From Octopus vulgaris (Eukaryota): a stretch of 64,000 nt of DNA. Both the position numbers and the translations under genes were made by a program. Of the stretch, positions 41,270-55,404 are shown piece after piece. The stretch's first letter is position 1, and every line of letters begins with the position of its first letter. The notes below the pieces were generated by a model. It worked only from the letters and a program-made list of their open reading frames with translations. It was not told the DNA's origin and searched no databases. The stretch is taken from assembly GCA_951406725.2 (NCBI GenBank), contig OX597817.1, forward strand, positions 20,026,001 through 20,090,000, read 5' to 3'.

Positions 41270-41789
41270 ATATACATACGTGCATGCATACACACACACA
41301 TACACTCACACACACACACGCTCACATACAAACACACACATATATATGTATATACATACATATACACAACCGTGTAACTGGAAGTTTTATTTAGCATAAC
41401 AATCGTTTTGGGTGGCTTCTGCACTGAATCCCAGCGAGCGGGTAGCGGTGTAATGACATCTGTTTGATATTCTTCCCATACACAAGCGCGCGTACACGCA
41501 CACATATGCAACTACATACATAAACTAAAACAGGAAGGACAATTAAATCTTCATACGCCTATGTACGCAGTTGATGTCACTGTCATGGAAGCGCATTTTA
41601 TTTTACTTTTTGAATATACGTGCATTATAAACGCATTCAACGTACATTAGGAAAGAATGTTCCCTGTCAGACTAATCATCGACTTGTTATAAAAATTTAC
41701 TGAACGGAAACTCTGACAAAGTACGTCACAGTTAGAGTCTTCTACAGGAAGAGTTCTGTAATCCCTCATAATTACAAATTTGTAAATTT

Positions 41790-43353
41790 CTATATTTTAC
41801 TAATTTTTACCGAACGCTTCTAATGGAAGTACATCACATGAATCTAATGGCGGATGTCTGTTCAAAATTATAGAGATCACATTGACGGCAGAATAATGTA
41901 TGCTATCGCATATTACTGAAATATAATATAACTGGAAAGTTGGTGATTGGAATATCTGTGAGGAGACTTCAGTTAAGAACAACTGACACTGGGATGAGAA
42001 ATATGAGCTCATTTACTTGACGCTACATCCTTAACAAAGACATCGTTGTCTTCTTCCAAATACAAAACCTCACCACAATAGGTGTCTTTAGGTAGAGTGG
42101 TTGGAGTGAATTTGAAATTGAACCAGAACTTACTTGGATAGGTTTCGAAAATCCTTGTCAAATAGACCACACAAACAATGAAATGAGCGATACGATTCAA
42201 TTATTAAAGTTTCAATGATTCAATACTGCATTGTTGTAGATGCATTCATGTGGATCAGTTACACAGCTGTTAATATTCTGTCGAATTCTCTGGAATTATT
42301 ATCATCGATTGATACATATACTTAGTGAAAGAAAGATAAAACTTCAGCACCTCTTTAGTAGATAGAACAGCGATATTTACTGCTAACTAACACCGTATTT
42401 TATTTGAAACCTATCAATAAAACACTCCGAATTGAAATTAATCTGGCTGGGAATAATCTCTTGAGATAAAACCTTTCCAGTTGAAGCAATTATTCTGCAA
42501 ACAGGTCCGAAAATGAGATTAAATTTTATATGATAGAAACTATTGATGTTAAATATATGCAGACGGGGGTAATCACCTGCACAGTCAGCCACCAAAATGA
42601 TAATCAATAAATCTCAAGAGACTATATATTGACCCGTGTTATTGATATATATGTATTGATCATAAGAAGCAATATTGATAATTTCGTTTCTGGAGAATTT
42701 CATTCCATTAAGGTGACGCTATATAGTAAAGAGTACATATATCTGGTATATGAATAAGGGTGATGAGGTCATTAACTTGATTTCTAGCAATAGGAAAAAA
42801 ATAATTTACTGAACATAGTGGATATTGAAAATCTGAAAGAATTATCTATAATATATTATCAATATTGTACGTCCCACTGTGGTCAACCTAACCTTCACTT
42901 ACCCTTTATTCATTACATACATACCATACCTTAAATCTCTATGATTTTATTTTCAATTTTACCCATGTTCTTATTTGTACATATATAAAGAATAAGTAAT
43001 TCCCCGTTATCAAATTAAAGTACTCCGTCAGGAATTGAATAATATAGGAAGAGTCAATAGTTGGTGTGAGGATGGCTTCATTCCTGAAGTCACATCTGGC
43101 GAGAGCATCACAGAAGAACCAAACGCATAAATTTCCTGTATAAAGAATTTGATTAATTTAATATTATGATTCTATATCCAAGCAAAGGAGTAACGCTATC
43201 CAGTTTTTCTTTTATATCCTCAGTTCCGACTGGATTAAATAATAATTTTCAAACAGTCGGATTTCAGAAGCCTATACACTAAACTTTTATTAGAGTGGAT
43301 CGTGTTCAGTGCATCAAATTCATTCGAAATATGAATGGAGTGTATAACTAAAC
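41790..43353 (-). pseudogene. Possible decayed multi-cadherin-repeat exon
   Basis: Acceptor ttttgtatcttcag at 43354; scattered cadherin-like remnants LVYRLL..FNPVGTEDIKEKLDS..YRIII, DFQYPLCSVN, YSVTLME*NSPET, YINNTGQYIV, IILVADCAGDYPRL, VSIDDNNSREFDR; many disruptions. Confidence 0.35.
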
Positions 43354-44050
43354 CTGAAGATACAAAACGTTTCTAAAATCATATCCCACGGAGTTATATT
43401 CGAAAACTATATTCAGTGATTAGATAAGACTAGAAGCTAAAGACAATCTGCATAATTACATCATGCATTTACAACAGATCGAAAATAATTAGACTTTAAT
43501 TATAAGGTATGGAATTATATTCGGCATGCAAAACGTTTTATTTACATAGAGAAATTTTCACTCATACTGGTGATGGTGTTGTACAAGAATATTCTATTCT
43601 GAAATGATCAAACCAGTGGAAAGGAATATAAATTTAACAACCGAAATGTAGATCTTTGCTGATATGAACGACTAACTAATACCAAGCTTCACTATTTGAT
43701 TCAGGCACCAATTGCGCTAATTGTACTCATTGTCGAAATATATTCTCCAGCTATTCTGCAACACACTTGATCTCACAGAACATCATACATATGGCAAAAG
43801 CGGAGGGCTCGCACTAAAATTCGGTTGGCTCTAATTTTCAGCTACGTAGACAAGGCCGACGTGAATTAATAAACCTTCTCCCAAGGAAACAGAAATTTGC
43901 CTGTACAAGAACTGAAGTCATGACGTGTTGATCCCCAACACTTTCCACTGAGCCACGTATCTTTATACAACACAAACACACGTGTGCTCATATACACATT
44001 TATTCGTTTATATCGACATTCATGCATACATACATACATACATACATACA

Positions 44051-44084
<34 letters not shown>

Positions 44085-44204
44085 CATACATACATACTAT
44101 ACATACATACATACATAAACCGGTTTCCTCCTCCGTGGAAGATTTATAATAATAAAAAAATAGGAGTGGCATACATACATACATTCATATACTTACATTC
44201 TTTC

Positions 44205-44396
44205 TTTTATTTTTATTCTTTTACATGTTTCAGTCATTTGACTGCAGCCGTGCTCGACCACCACCTTTTAATCGAACAAATCTACCGCAGAGTTTATACT
44301 TTGTAAGCCTAGAGCGTATTCTATCGGGGTCTTTTGCCGAACGGCTAAGTTACAGGGGTATAAACAGAACAACATCGGTTGCCAAGTGATTAAGGG
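44205..44396 (-). mobile_element. SINE family B tail half
   Basis: tgtttcagtcatttgactgcagccgtgctcg...gccgaacggctaagttacagggg...catcggttgccaag. Confidence 0.8.
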
Positions 44397-45940
44397 TAGA
44401 AAGTAGTTGCTTCCTAAATCTATCAAGGGTGTGACCATCACACCAATGGGAAATACCCAAACCGTCCTCACGGTATTGGCCAATGTAATGAGCTGGGTAT
44501 GTATATCTCAATGTGTTTAATATAAATAAACCCACACGGTCACAGACATCAGCACTATCATATGAAGTCATAGATACATCAAATAGTTGTCACTGAGAGA
44601 ATTTTTTTTACCCATGCTAATCCTTTACTGAACAATAGTTGTTTTCTTTGCATACCTGATAAAATCTAGGTTTATAGGGTCCATATCAACATATGATTTA
44701 GCAATTTCAATAGTTTTATCAAGCAGCAATCTGGATATAGTGGTATAAAAGTCTTTAATATCAGATTGGGGAAATTTAGCCTTTTTTTTATACTTGATAT
44801 TCTTAAACTAATCTATTACAATGAAACTGTTATTCCATTGTTGAAGCCTAGAAATTTCCCTAATTCTAATATTAATATTTCTAAGTATTTTATGTTTGTT
44901 TTTTAGCAACAAATTCAGTTTCAGATTTCGCAGGGTTTAACAATTTGCAGGTATGATCATCATGAAAATTGGGCTTATAGTCTTTTAAAGTAATAAGCGC
45001 CTCTCTCTTAGCTAATCATTCTAATTTATCATCGGTATTACTACGTTTAGCGAGGGATTTAGCTTCATCATCGACATCATAGTATCTCTCTACGTTTGCT
45101 TTCTTATATTTAGAGGAAATGTTGTCTTTTAGCAGCTTATCGCATAAATCATTAGTAACTTCATATAGGTTACTAGTCTTATCCGAAAACACGAACTTTT
45201 GTTTAGAATTTCTAAATTATCAATCTCAGATTTTGTTTTAGTGTGAAAGGAGATATGGGCGTCTCGAAATTTAATATTGGTACTGAACTAAGGAGGTCAA
45301 ACTCAAGGGAGGCTAAATCTTTAAGAATAGGAAGGTATTTCCGTGTCTTTAAATCATACCGTTCTCTATATGAGGGAGATGATCTGGAATAAAAAAATAA
45401 AGCTTTCCATCTAATCCGTTTCACGAGATCGTCAACTTTCTCAAGTAATATCCTCAGGTATAGATTATTCGATGGTGTTGGTATATTCTCAGCAGATTAA
45501 TCCCTGTAAGCTCTTTTACCATTATACCTTTTCCTTTGTATTTTTGACATTTTAGTTTCTGTTTTAGTTTCTCTTTGTGTTTTCTATATGCTGCCGTCTC
45601 ACTTTTTTTCATGTTTCTTCTGTTATTAAATTTGTTTAGTTCATTCCGCTATGTAGTTTACGCCTGAAGAATATATCTGAATTCTCTCAACATGTGAAAC
45701 TATTAGTTGTACTTTAATACATGTACTGTGATCTGTAAATAAATAATATTTATCTCTCACAAGATGGAGTGCTTCTTTTGTTGAATTTTCTATTACTGCT
45801 CAGTACGGAGAGCCGACAAGTGGTAAAGGGTCGTTCTTTATGTTACTTGTCCTGTTTTTTATATGTTTCTCTCCTTGTTTGCATATCAATTCATTCGTTT
45901 TCGTATATCTTGTTGTTTACCGTTTCTGACGTCCTGTACA
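44397..45940 (-). mobile_element. Penelope-like element (same broad family as 39870-41269), 3'-truncated just after YRxDG, with an upstream hammerhead-like segment
   Basis: KRIRWKALFF, FVFSDKTSNLYE, FITLKDYKPNF..CKLLNPAKSE, FDVSMTSYDSADVCDRVGLFIL..YREDGL; CTGAAGA 45664-70 and GAAAC 45696-700 on +. Confidence 0.85.
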
Positions 45941-45981
45941 CATATATGCATATATGTGTATATATATACATACACACACAC

Positions 45982-46068
<87 letters not shown>

Positions 46069-46126
46069 GATATAAATGTATGCATGTATATACATATTAA
46101 TTATATCATATATGTATATATATATG

Positions 46127-46164
<38 letters not shown>

Positions 46165-46202
46165 TAGATAGATAGATAGAAGCATATATAGATACATATA
46201 TA

Positions 46203-46365
46203 TACGACGGGCTTCTTTCAGTTTTCGTCTACCAAATCCACTCACAAGGCTTTGGTCGGCCCGTGGCTATAGTAGAAGACACTTGCCCGAGGTATCACGG
46301 TGTGGGACGGAGCTCGGACCCATGTTTCTGGGAAGCAAGCTTCTTACCATGTAGACACTCCCTTA
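46203..46365 (-). mobile_element. SINE family B head half
   Basis: tacgacgggcttctttcagttttcgtctaccaaatccactcacaagg...agcaagcttcttacca. Confidence 0.85.
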
Positions 46366-46366
46366 C

Positions 46367-46412
<46 letters not shown>

Positions 46413-47029
46413 TGCATCATAGAATCAGTTGAAATATGCAATCCTTCCTTAACCTTCATATTCCGTCGGTCTAAAATGCGGCAGCAGATAGCAAATGTGA
46501 GAGGAAAGAGAGAGACTGAAATTTCAGGTAAGATCTCTCACTATAAGTCCCCACTTATATGCTCAAAATTATGTATGTTCATAATTAAGGCTATATCATT
46601 GATCCGCAACCGCAGTGTGGCCTGAATATGATTTTTCCTTAAGTTTTTAGTTATACATTTAATTCCCTTGTGCCACCGAATTTTGAAAAGAATATAAGTG
46701 TACTACAAATGAAAAAAGGCTGCTGAGCACTAGGCCATATCAACAACAGCATATTCAAAGATAGGTAAATGAATGGGATATTCTTCTATAGAATATATTG
46801 TCAAATACCTGATTAAATTATTTCAAAATGCTACATTATTTGCAACGGCTGTAATTGTTGAGATGAAAGAATGCAAGACATCATTTGACAGGCCAACGAA
46901 TGGGCATTCATTCTGATATATAAGGCTAAAGAATTGAGCCACACTCAAACTACAAACACATATTTGCAGTAGATATTACAGTCTGTCCCAAAAGTCACCT
47001 AGGGGTTTACATTTTTAATTACTTCTTTA

Positions 47030-47425
47030 AGGAGTGGCTGTGTGGTAAGTAGCTTGTTTACCAACCACATGGTCCTGGGTTCAGTCCCACTGTGTGGCAC
47101 CTTAGGCAAGTGTCTTCTACTATTGCCTTGGGCCGACCAAATCCTTGTGAGTGGATTTGGTAGACGGAAACTGAAAGAAGCCCGTCGTATATATGTATAT
47201 ATATATATATACGTGTGTGTGTCTGTGTGTTTGTGTTTGTCCCCCTAGCATTGCTTGACAACCGATGATGGTGTGTTTATGTCCCCGTCACTTAGCGGTT
47301 CGGCAAAACAGACCGATAGAACAAGTACTGGGCTTACAAAGAATAAGTGCTGGGGTCGAGGTGCTCGATTAAAGGCTGTGCTCCAGCATGGCCGCAGTCA
47401 AATGACTGAAACAAGTAAAAGAGTA
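47030..47425 (+). mobile_element. SINE family B, near full length
   Basis: ggagtggctgtgtggtaag...gggttcagtccc (tRNA-like), ggcaccttaggcaagtgtctt (CORE-like), internal TA/TG tract, tail ending gaaacaagtaaaagag. Confidence 0.93.
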
Positions 47426-47628
47426 ACGTTACAGATAAATGCATGAAAGTTTGGTACAATATAAAGGACAATGGAAATTAAGTCACTCAAATCTGCACCA
47501 CCTCTTGATCGATGTACCGTATCGTGCGTCACGATGGTTTGTACTTTGAATGCTAAGCTGTGTTTGTTGCATCTTAATGATTAAAGCAAATCGATTACCA
47601 AAATACCGAAAAAAATTTGACTCATCAC

Positions 47629-47680
<52 letters not shown>

Positions 47681-47769
47681 CATCTATTTATGTATCAATC
47701 TATCTGTTTATCTGTTTATATGTTTAGCTGTTTATCTGACTGTTTCCTTGTCTGTCTATCTGTTTGTCT

Positions 47770-47801
<32 letters not shown>

Positions 47802-48956
47802 TTGTGAGATATCGTTTGCTATAAACACCGGATTAGAAAAATGCATAGCGAATAAATAATATTGATAAAATGCTAGATAAAGAAAAAGAATAGACTGGAT
47901 TAGAACAAGCACAGACATACAAATAGTTAGGAATCATTGAAATCGATAGGTCACAAGACTCAAGAACGAAGGAAAATTCAATTTCTACAATTTGTTCACT
48001 TATTCTAGGCGTTTGTTTCCTTCTTTCATGTTCAGTTAATTTGAGAAAATGGTGCTTTTTAAAGAATTTTAAAATATTTTATCCTAGATGTGTAAAGTGA
48101 TATTGTAGCTTGCAGCGATTCAATTGTGGGAAATGACTAGATTCATTGATATTCTTTGTTTATAATTAAAATTTTATCATTATATTAGCGATTAAAATGA
48201 GTGTAATTTCTTTTTTATCATCATATAATGAAGTGATATTATTACTCATTAATGTGAAATTAATGTTTATTTTTCAGGAAATACTTGATACAGAAATAAT
48301 AGCATCTTTCTAACAAAAGCGCCATAACTCTGGCTCTGCAGTGTGAAAGAATTTATTAAATTAAACAGATTACTTGTGATGCATTTTATTCCTCCACTAC
48401 TGAACTATAAATCAGTGGACACTTGCGAGCTTTGAACTTATATAAAGGGATGGAGCCAGACAGTTATATCCTATATCTCCTTCAAAAAATGTTTTAATGA
48501 AATGATAACAAGTGATCTACAGGAAAGGAACGCCTTCTGGTACGAACGTAAACGTAATGCTTTCTGATGTTAAAAACGTCCTCTTTGTAGAGGAAAAAAA
48601 TTGAGTGTGTTGCACGCCTAACTTCTTAGGAGCATAATTTCTGCTCGGGCATTGGCCTAATGAACAAACTTATAAAACGCAAAAACATTCACTCTTCGTT
48701 GAAGTAAGACTCTTCCGTAGCGATAATACCTAACACATAGAACATCGTAACGAGCTCAGAATCATGGAATCTAAAGATACATAAAACAATTAATAGGAGA
48801 ATGATGTATTTGATACACAGTTACAGTATGCTTAAAAATACTCAGTGATTGTCGCTAATGATATTTATATTCATATATACCACTGATCCAGTTTCTAAAA
48901 TAGGTTAATAAACTGTTAGTTTAAGCTAAGATTAACTGAATATATAGATGAGATAT

Positions 48957-49145
48957 TCTTTTCTACTCTAGGCACAAGGCCAGGAATTTTTGGGGGTGTG
49001 GGGGGGAAGTTGATTAGATCGACCCAGTATGCAACTGGTACTTAATTTATAACGCCGAAAGGAGGAATGGCAAAGTCAGCCTCGGTGGAATTTGACCGCT
49101 AAGCATTTCACCCAACGTGCTAATTTTTCTGCCACCTCACCGTCT
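48957..49145 (-). mobile_element. SINE family A, tail type 2, with a 16-bp TSD
   Basis: TSD tatatagatgagatat at 48941-48956 and 49146-49161. Confidence 0.92.
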
Positions 49146-52100
49146 TATATAGATGAGATATCGATACAGCGATCAATATACGCTGCATTCTCTACATTTT
49201 CGTTGACCTAGAAAAGTAAACGAAAAGCTTAATCTTTTGTAGAGAAATATGAGATAACTGGATAATTGTTGTGAACTTTCATGATCCAAATATTATTTTC
49301 AGGCCTGGATTCATATTAATCAGAAAGAGGTATCCAATTTGTAACATTGTCATACCTGACAATCCGTAAGAAATTTTACTAGTTTTCATACCATGACTTC
49401 GCAGTACGCCGAAACTAGGGTGAACAGGAGGTGGGATGTTGCCCTAAAATCAGTATCCGGCTTGAATGCTTACCATGAAGATTGTTCCTCTAAATGTACC
49501 CTGCTACAAAATATTCGTGGTAAAATTGCTATCGGAGAATATCTAATATCCAAAATGTCAAAGGTAGCATAGCAAACGAAGTAGCCTTTAATATTTGCTC
49601 GTTATACGAGTGCAAGCAGTCAGAATTCTCTTAGATTGCGACATCTCTTAATTAATGAAACTACGCCCATATACTCCTTCCAGTCTATCTGCATGGCTTA
49701 AACTAGAAAATAGTGAAAATATTCTGGGTTGGAATTGAATAAATACGTTTGTTTAAGTTGAAAATGCTATTCTTCATAACACAAAATTTTCAGTGCGTGA
49801 TAGTTGTTACTCTATTCATCCAGATCTATCTTGACATATATCTAACCTGGATTTGTACACTAATCAATAATTCTAGCATATGTTTATCTAGTATTACCTT
49901 TGTTTGCAGGTTTACAATACATGAGAATTGTTTCACAAAAATTCCAAAGTATTTCCTTCCATATACGTATTATGTGTATTTATCAGAGAGGATAGGTTTT
50001 ATTTTCTTAGTTATGAAAACATGAGAGCTGCATTTACATAAATATTTTCATATGAAATCGAATACAAAACAGGAATCTATATATGAATGTCTAAATACAC
50101 GTGGATTGGTATGTATATCTAATCAGATTTAAAATCACGTTTTTCAGTATTAGATTAACAAATAACATTATGTAAAATTGCATTTCCATAAAGAGATGTA
50201 GTTATTTTTTTATTCTACATATAGTTTCAAATAAAAATTGACGCATTATTTCAGTTCGTATAGGTATGCTTTTAAACATTTCCATATATGTTCTGGCAAT
50301 TGATCATAACAATAATATACTTAATTCATCAAATGCTAGTCGACGCTTCAAATGTATACCTGCTATCTTGGATAAATATGGAGCACAAATTGAATAAATA
50401 TATAACACATGGTACTGTATATAACAAAATACATATAATATGATTCTACTGCTATAAGCTTGAAAATAGTTTGCAATACAATAAATTGATAATCACCAAA
50501 ACATTGGTCATTAATCCAATAAACGGAAAAATCCTATAGGGTGCATATGTTTCAAAATTTGTGACTGTATGGTGAATGAATGTCACAAACATTCACCATA
50601 CAAAATATGGTAATTCTATGAAATTCAAATTTAAATTGAAATTTAATTGTCTTTCAGATTGTCATAATCTTATGCAGATTTTCTGAATACTTTAAATATT
50701 TACATCAAAGAACATAATTAATATTAGCAGCCAATAATTCGTTTTCAGAAGTATTAATCTGGTATAATGTTAAATTCATGAGCGAACGAATCACATTATA
50801 TAGTGCACAAGAAGCATAGTTTTAGAAGCATTTCTGATGCTTAATCAGATATATGTGTATCAAAATCCAGGTATTTTCTGAATTATACTCTTACAGACGT
50901 TTAGAGATTATAAAATTGGGAAGTAGCGAGATGAAATATTGAAGATCTATGCCGATGGAATTTAGAAATGAAAACAAAAATGTTATGAAAGGAAATGAAA
51001 TTATCGACATCTTGTGACAAACTTTTTTGTAAAATACTTCAATAATTGTTATAGCAGCAGGTAACGTTACATCGATTTGAAAGCAGTCCACACTGTTATG
51101 CATTGTACGTAGAAAAGAAGTACATCTACGATAACCAATATAAGATCATTTACATGAGATATTTACACAAGTAAATATATTTAAAAAACATGGCTCAATC
51201 AATATTATATTTCCTTTTGTCATATTTACAACGAACTCGGAATTTGTAAGTGAATTTGTATCTCTGTAATATATTGATAACCAAAATTTAAAGAAACAAA
51301 ATTTATTATACCATCAGTTAATATATATTTCATTGAATATCAAAAAAATATATATATTATATATATTATCCTCTGTCACAAACGTACATATATTCACAAT
51401 AGTAACTGGCAAGATAGAAATAGAGTTTTCAGTTTACGATCTTTGTTCTTTAATAAGAAAACGCACAGACAGCTGGAATAAATAAATTAATATTAAAAAA
51501 TGCAAAACATATGACACCGAGAAAATCCTTTATAGGAATTAAATAAATAAATATGAAGGAAATATAACGGATAAAGTATTTTTGAAAACAATATATTTTT
51601 AACTCATGTGCATTGTATCATAACAATAAGTAATACTCCCTGAAATTAAAAGAGCTTGCACAACGTTAGAGAGATTCAATGATTCTATTTCTACGAAAAC
51701 GCTATACTGTCATATAGGAAAATCGGTTAAATTGTCTGATGGAGAATATCATTGCTAATGGCTGCCACTATTAGTTTTATGATTTTGGAAGTCATTGCTA
51801 AAGGACTGTAATTGGCAGCATAAGAGATTTTTTACTTTCTTGAGTCACGCTATTGGCAAAGATTAAGGTAGATGTCTTTAGTGATAAAGAAAAGGAAGAC
51901 TTTCGGGAATATAGGAGTAGAATATATGGCACACAGAGATATACGCACAAAAAACATACACCCATAGATACATATACGCTCACCTATGCACATATGTATT
52001 CTAAATTTACACGTTTGCAGAGCAGGAAAATATCTTTCAGTTAAAACTTTATTCGTAAAAATATTCTAAGAACATGAAGAAGGTAGACCAGCGCAATCCA

Positions 52101-54395
52101 AGCAAAGGATGTTGAAAAGAATAATTTCGATTACAAGATATGGTTTCACTCATATTTGTTGTGCATTAAACCAGGAGTTCAGCTAGCTTAATAAAAATAT
52201 TAATATTTCCAATATCAATGTTGAGTTAAAATTATTTGTGCAGAACAGCTGTATAGTATAATGCTTTGTATAGGAATGTCGAGTGATATATCAAATAAGA
52301 CGGCCTGCTACAAAGCTAGACATCACAACGATTAAAATCAATTTAGAAAGCGAGAATGGAAGCTAGTACAAAACAAAGCTATTGATGGATTTCCATAAGG
52401 CAATTCGTATGGTAACTTTAAAATCCGGAAGGCACGATGTCCCTTGACATTGACTGAATCAAAGATCAGCACTCCCAATTACAATATTTAAAAGGCCACT
52501 GATCGTATTATTACATAATGCATCAGTACTAATTGTATGATGAATTCTTGTAACTAACCTTTTGAATTCTCTTTAGCAAGGCAAATCTACAGAGTTTTCT
52601 TTAATGTGATTTATGCTTTTACATAATAATTCTTTCCACATTTGAAATTATTCACCTGAATCTATCCGCTTATTGAGATCAACTGTATACAGATGGAAGA
52701 CGTTGTTTAATGTTATACTGTTATTTTACATGAAAGCTTTGCACTAATCGGATAAGTAAATTTGACACTTGAAAGTAATATTTCTTCATCTGAAACTAAG
52801 AAATTAAGAGATATCGTATCGGTCAATTATAACTTTCGTAATAAGAATTTTATTTCTCTTAGGTCTGGGAGATTGTTGTTATGTCTGTATGGATGCGAAT
52901 TGTTTGCAGAAAACTTTTGTCTCTGCATAATTAGATTTATTATGATATATACGACTTGAATGGCATTGCATCACTTATTTTTATTACGTAGGAGAGGAAC
53001 ATTCTTTATTAAGCATAATAATAGATTCCAGATGTATTTTAGCGTATATATATACGCGTCTCTCTCTCTCTCTCTCTCTCTTTGTATGTATATATATATA
53101 TATGGATATATATGTATGGAAATATATGCATATATACATATATATGTATGGATATATATGCATGCATTTATATGTGTGCGCGTGTGTTTGTGTATGTGTG
53201 TGTTAATAACAGCATCAATAACGATAGCATGTGTTTCCCGGCTATTCTTTTCTTTTTTGGAAAAAACTGGGCTCTCATAACAAACCTAATGATAAACATA
53301 TCATTGCTATTTTCATTGCCTTATCATTGCCATTTTTATTTAACAAATACTCCGAACTTGCAATGAATGTCATGCTTAATCCAGTAAATGAATCATAACC
53401 GTTAATGCACGATTGGATGCTGATGTGCATATATATAAATTATGTTCAACATTCTTTACTTAAAAATTAATCCAATCATTAATAATTAATCCAAATAACC
53501 AAGAGTGAAATGCACTTCAAATTTTGGGGCTGCCAGTGGAATAAATTGAGAGGAAGCGAAGATCTGATAGGGAAATGTAACAAAACATTCATACCCTAAA
53601 CAAGGTGAATATGCTTAAAAAGTCATGCAATAGTTATAATAGAAGAAAAGAGTATCTGTAGCGTCGGATGAGAGATTAAGCTAAATAATCTAAGTGTTTC
53701 TTCAAAGATGAAGACATGCATTTTATTAACGTATGAAACGGATCCATTTCAGTTAAATAAAATAACTACGTATTTGAATGAACGTAGAAGGTAGTACCTA
53801 CAAGGGTCCGTATACAATAAAAGAACTCATATACTCATTTGAGAGAATAATATCACCTCGGCATTTTACATTGGCGTACAGGAATCCATAAATGTGTTCA
53901 ATTTTTAAATATGAACGCCAGTGAATTTTTAGGGTGGAACTGCATGGTGTTCGTTGATTTGTGTTTTCACATTGTAGTATTTCTTGCTGTGTTGTATTGA
54001 TTATTGATGCTACTTACGTTATTTTCCTACTTTATTTTATACTTATTTTCATACTTCTATCACGATGATTCCATTGTTGGTGATGATTTTGGCGTATATT
54101 AGATAGGCAACAATTGTAGAAATTATAAACAGCAAAAATTCTCAAGTGAGATTTGATAACGGTTATCACTAATTATGCTATTAATGGTAAGATGTAGGGT
54201 GTCGAATTACTATATCTTCTGAAAATTGCTGCGTGAAGAATAGATACCAGTGAATAGACAAGAATCTCAGGGGATTTGATTCTCTGCCTTTTCAACCTCA
54301 TATGTCCTTTCTTTCTTCTTATCAGTTATTATTATATTGTCTTTGTAATCTTTCTTTCATCAACGTTCTTATGAAGCAGAATTGTGTGTATCTCT

Positions 54396-55061
54396 TACCT
54401 ACCTACCTACCTACCTACCTACCTACCTACCTACCTACCTACCTACCTACCTACCTACCTACCTACCTACCTACCTACCTACCTACCTACCTACCTACTT
54501 ACCTACCTACCTACCTACCTACGTACCTACCTACCTACCTACCTACCTACCTACCTACTTACCTACCTACCTACCTACCTACCTGACTGCCTACCTACCT
54601 ACTTACCTACCTTCCTACCTACCTAGCTACTTACCCACTTACCTACCTACCTAACTACTTTCCTACCTGCCTACCTACCTACCTACCTACCTACCTACCT
54701 ACCTACCTACATACCTATCTTCCTACCTACTTACCTACTTACCTACTTACCTACCTACCTACCTACCTACCTGTCTGCCTACCTACCTACCTACCTACCT
54801 ACCTACCTACCTACCTAACTACCTACCTACCTACCTACCAATTTACCTATATACCTACCTACCTACTTACCTACATACCTACCTACCTACCTAACTAACT
54901 ACATACCTACCTACCAACTACCTACATACCTACCTACCTACCTACCTACCTAACTACTTACCTATCTACCTACCTACCTACCATCCTACCTACATAGCTA
55001 CCTACCTACATACCTGCCTACCCCCCTGCCTACCTACCTACATACATACATACATGGACAT

Positions 55062-55095
<34 letters not shown>
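54396..55095. repeat. ~650-bp (CCTA)n tetranucleotide tract grading into (CATA)n and (TATC)n
   Basis: Direct reading. Confidence 0.97.
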
Positions 55096-55097
<2 letters not shown>

Positions 55098-55195
55098 TTG
55101 TCAACATACATACAAGCATACATTTAATAGGAACCGTTGCGTAATCTAACTGGTCAAAACATCTTACATAATAGAGCAAAAATAAATAAGTGAAT

Positions 55196-55360
55196 ATAGG
55201 CGCAGGAGTGGCTGTGTGGTAAGTAGCTTGTTTACCAACCATGTGGTTCCGGGTTCAGTCCCACTGCGTGACACCTTGTGTAAGTGTCTTCTACTATAGC
55301 CTCGGGCCGACCAAAGCCTTGTGGGTGGATTTGGTAGACAGAAGCTGAAAGAAGCCCATC

Positions 55361-55404
<44 letters not shown>

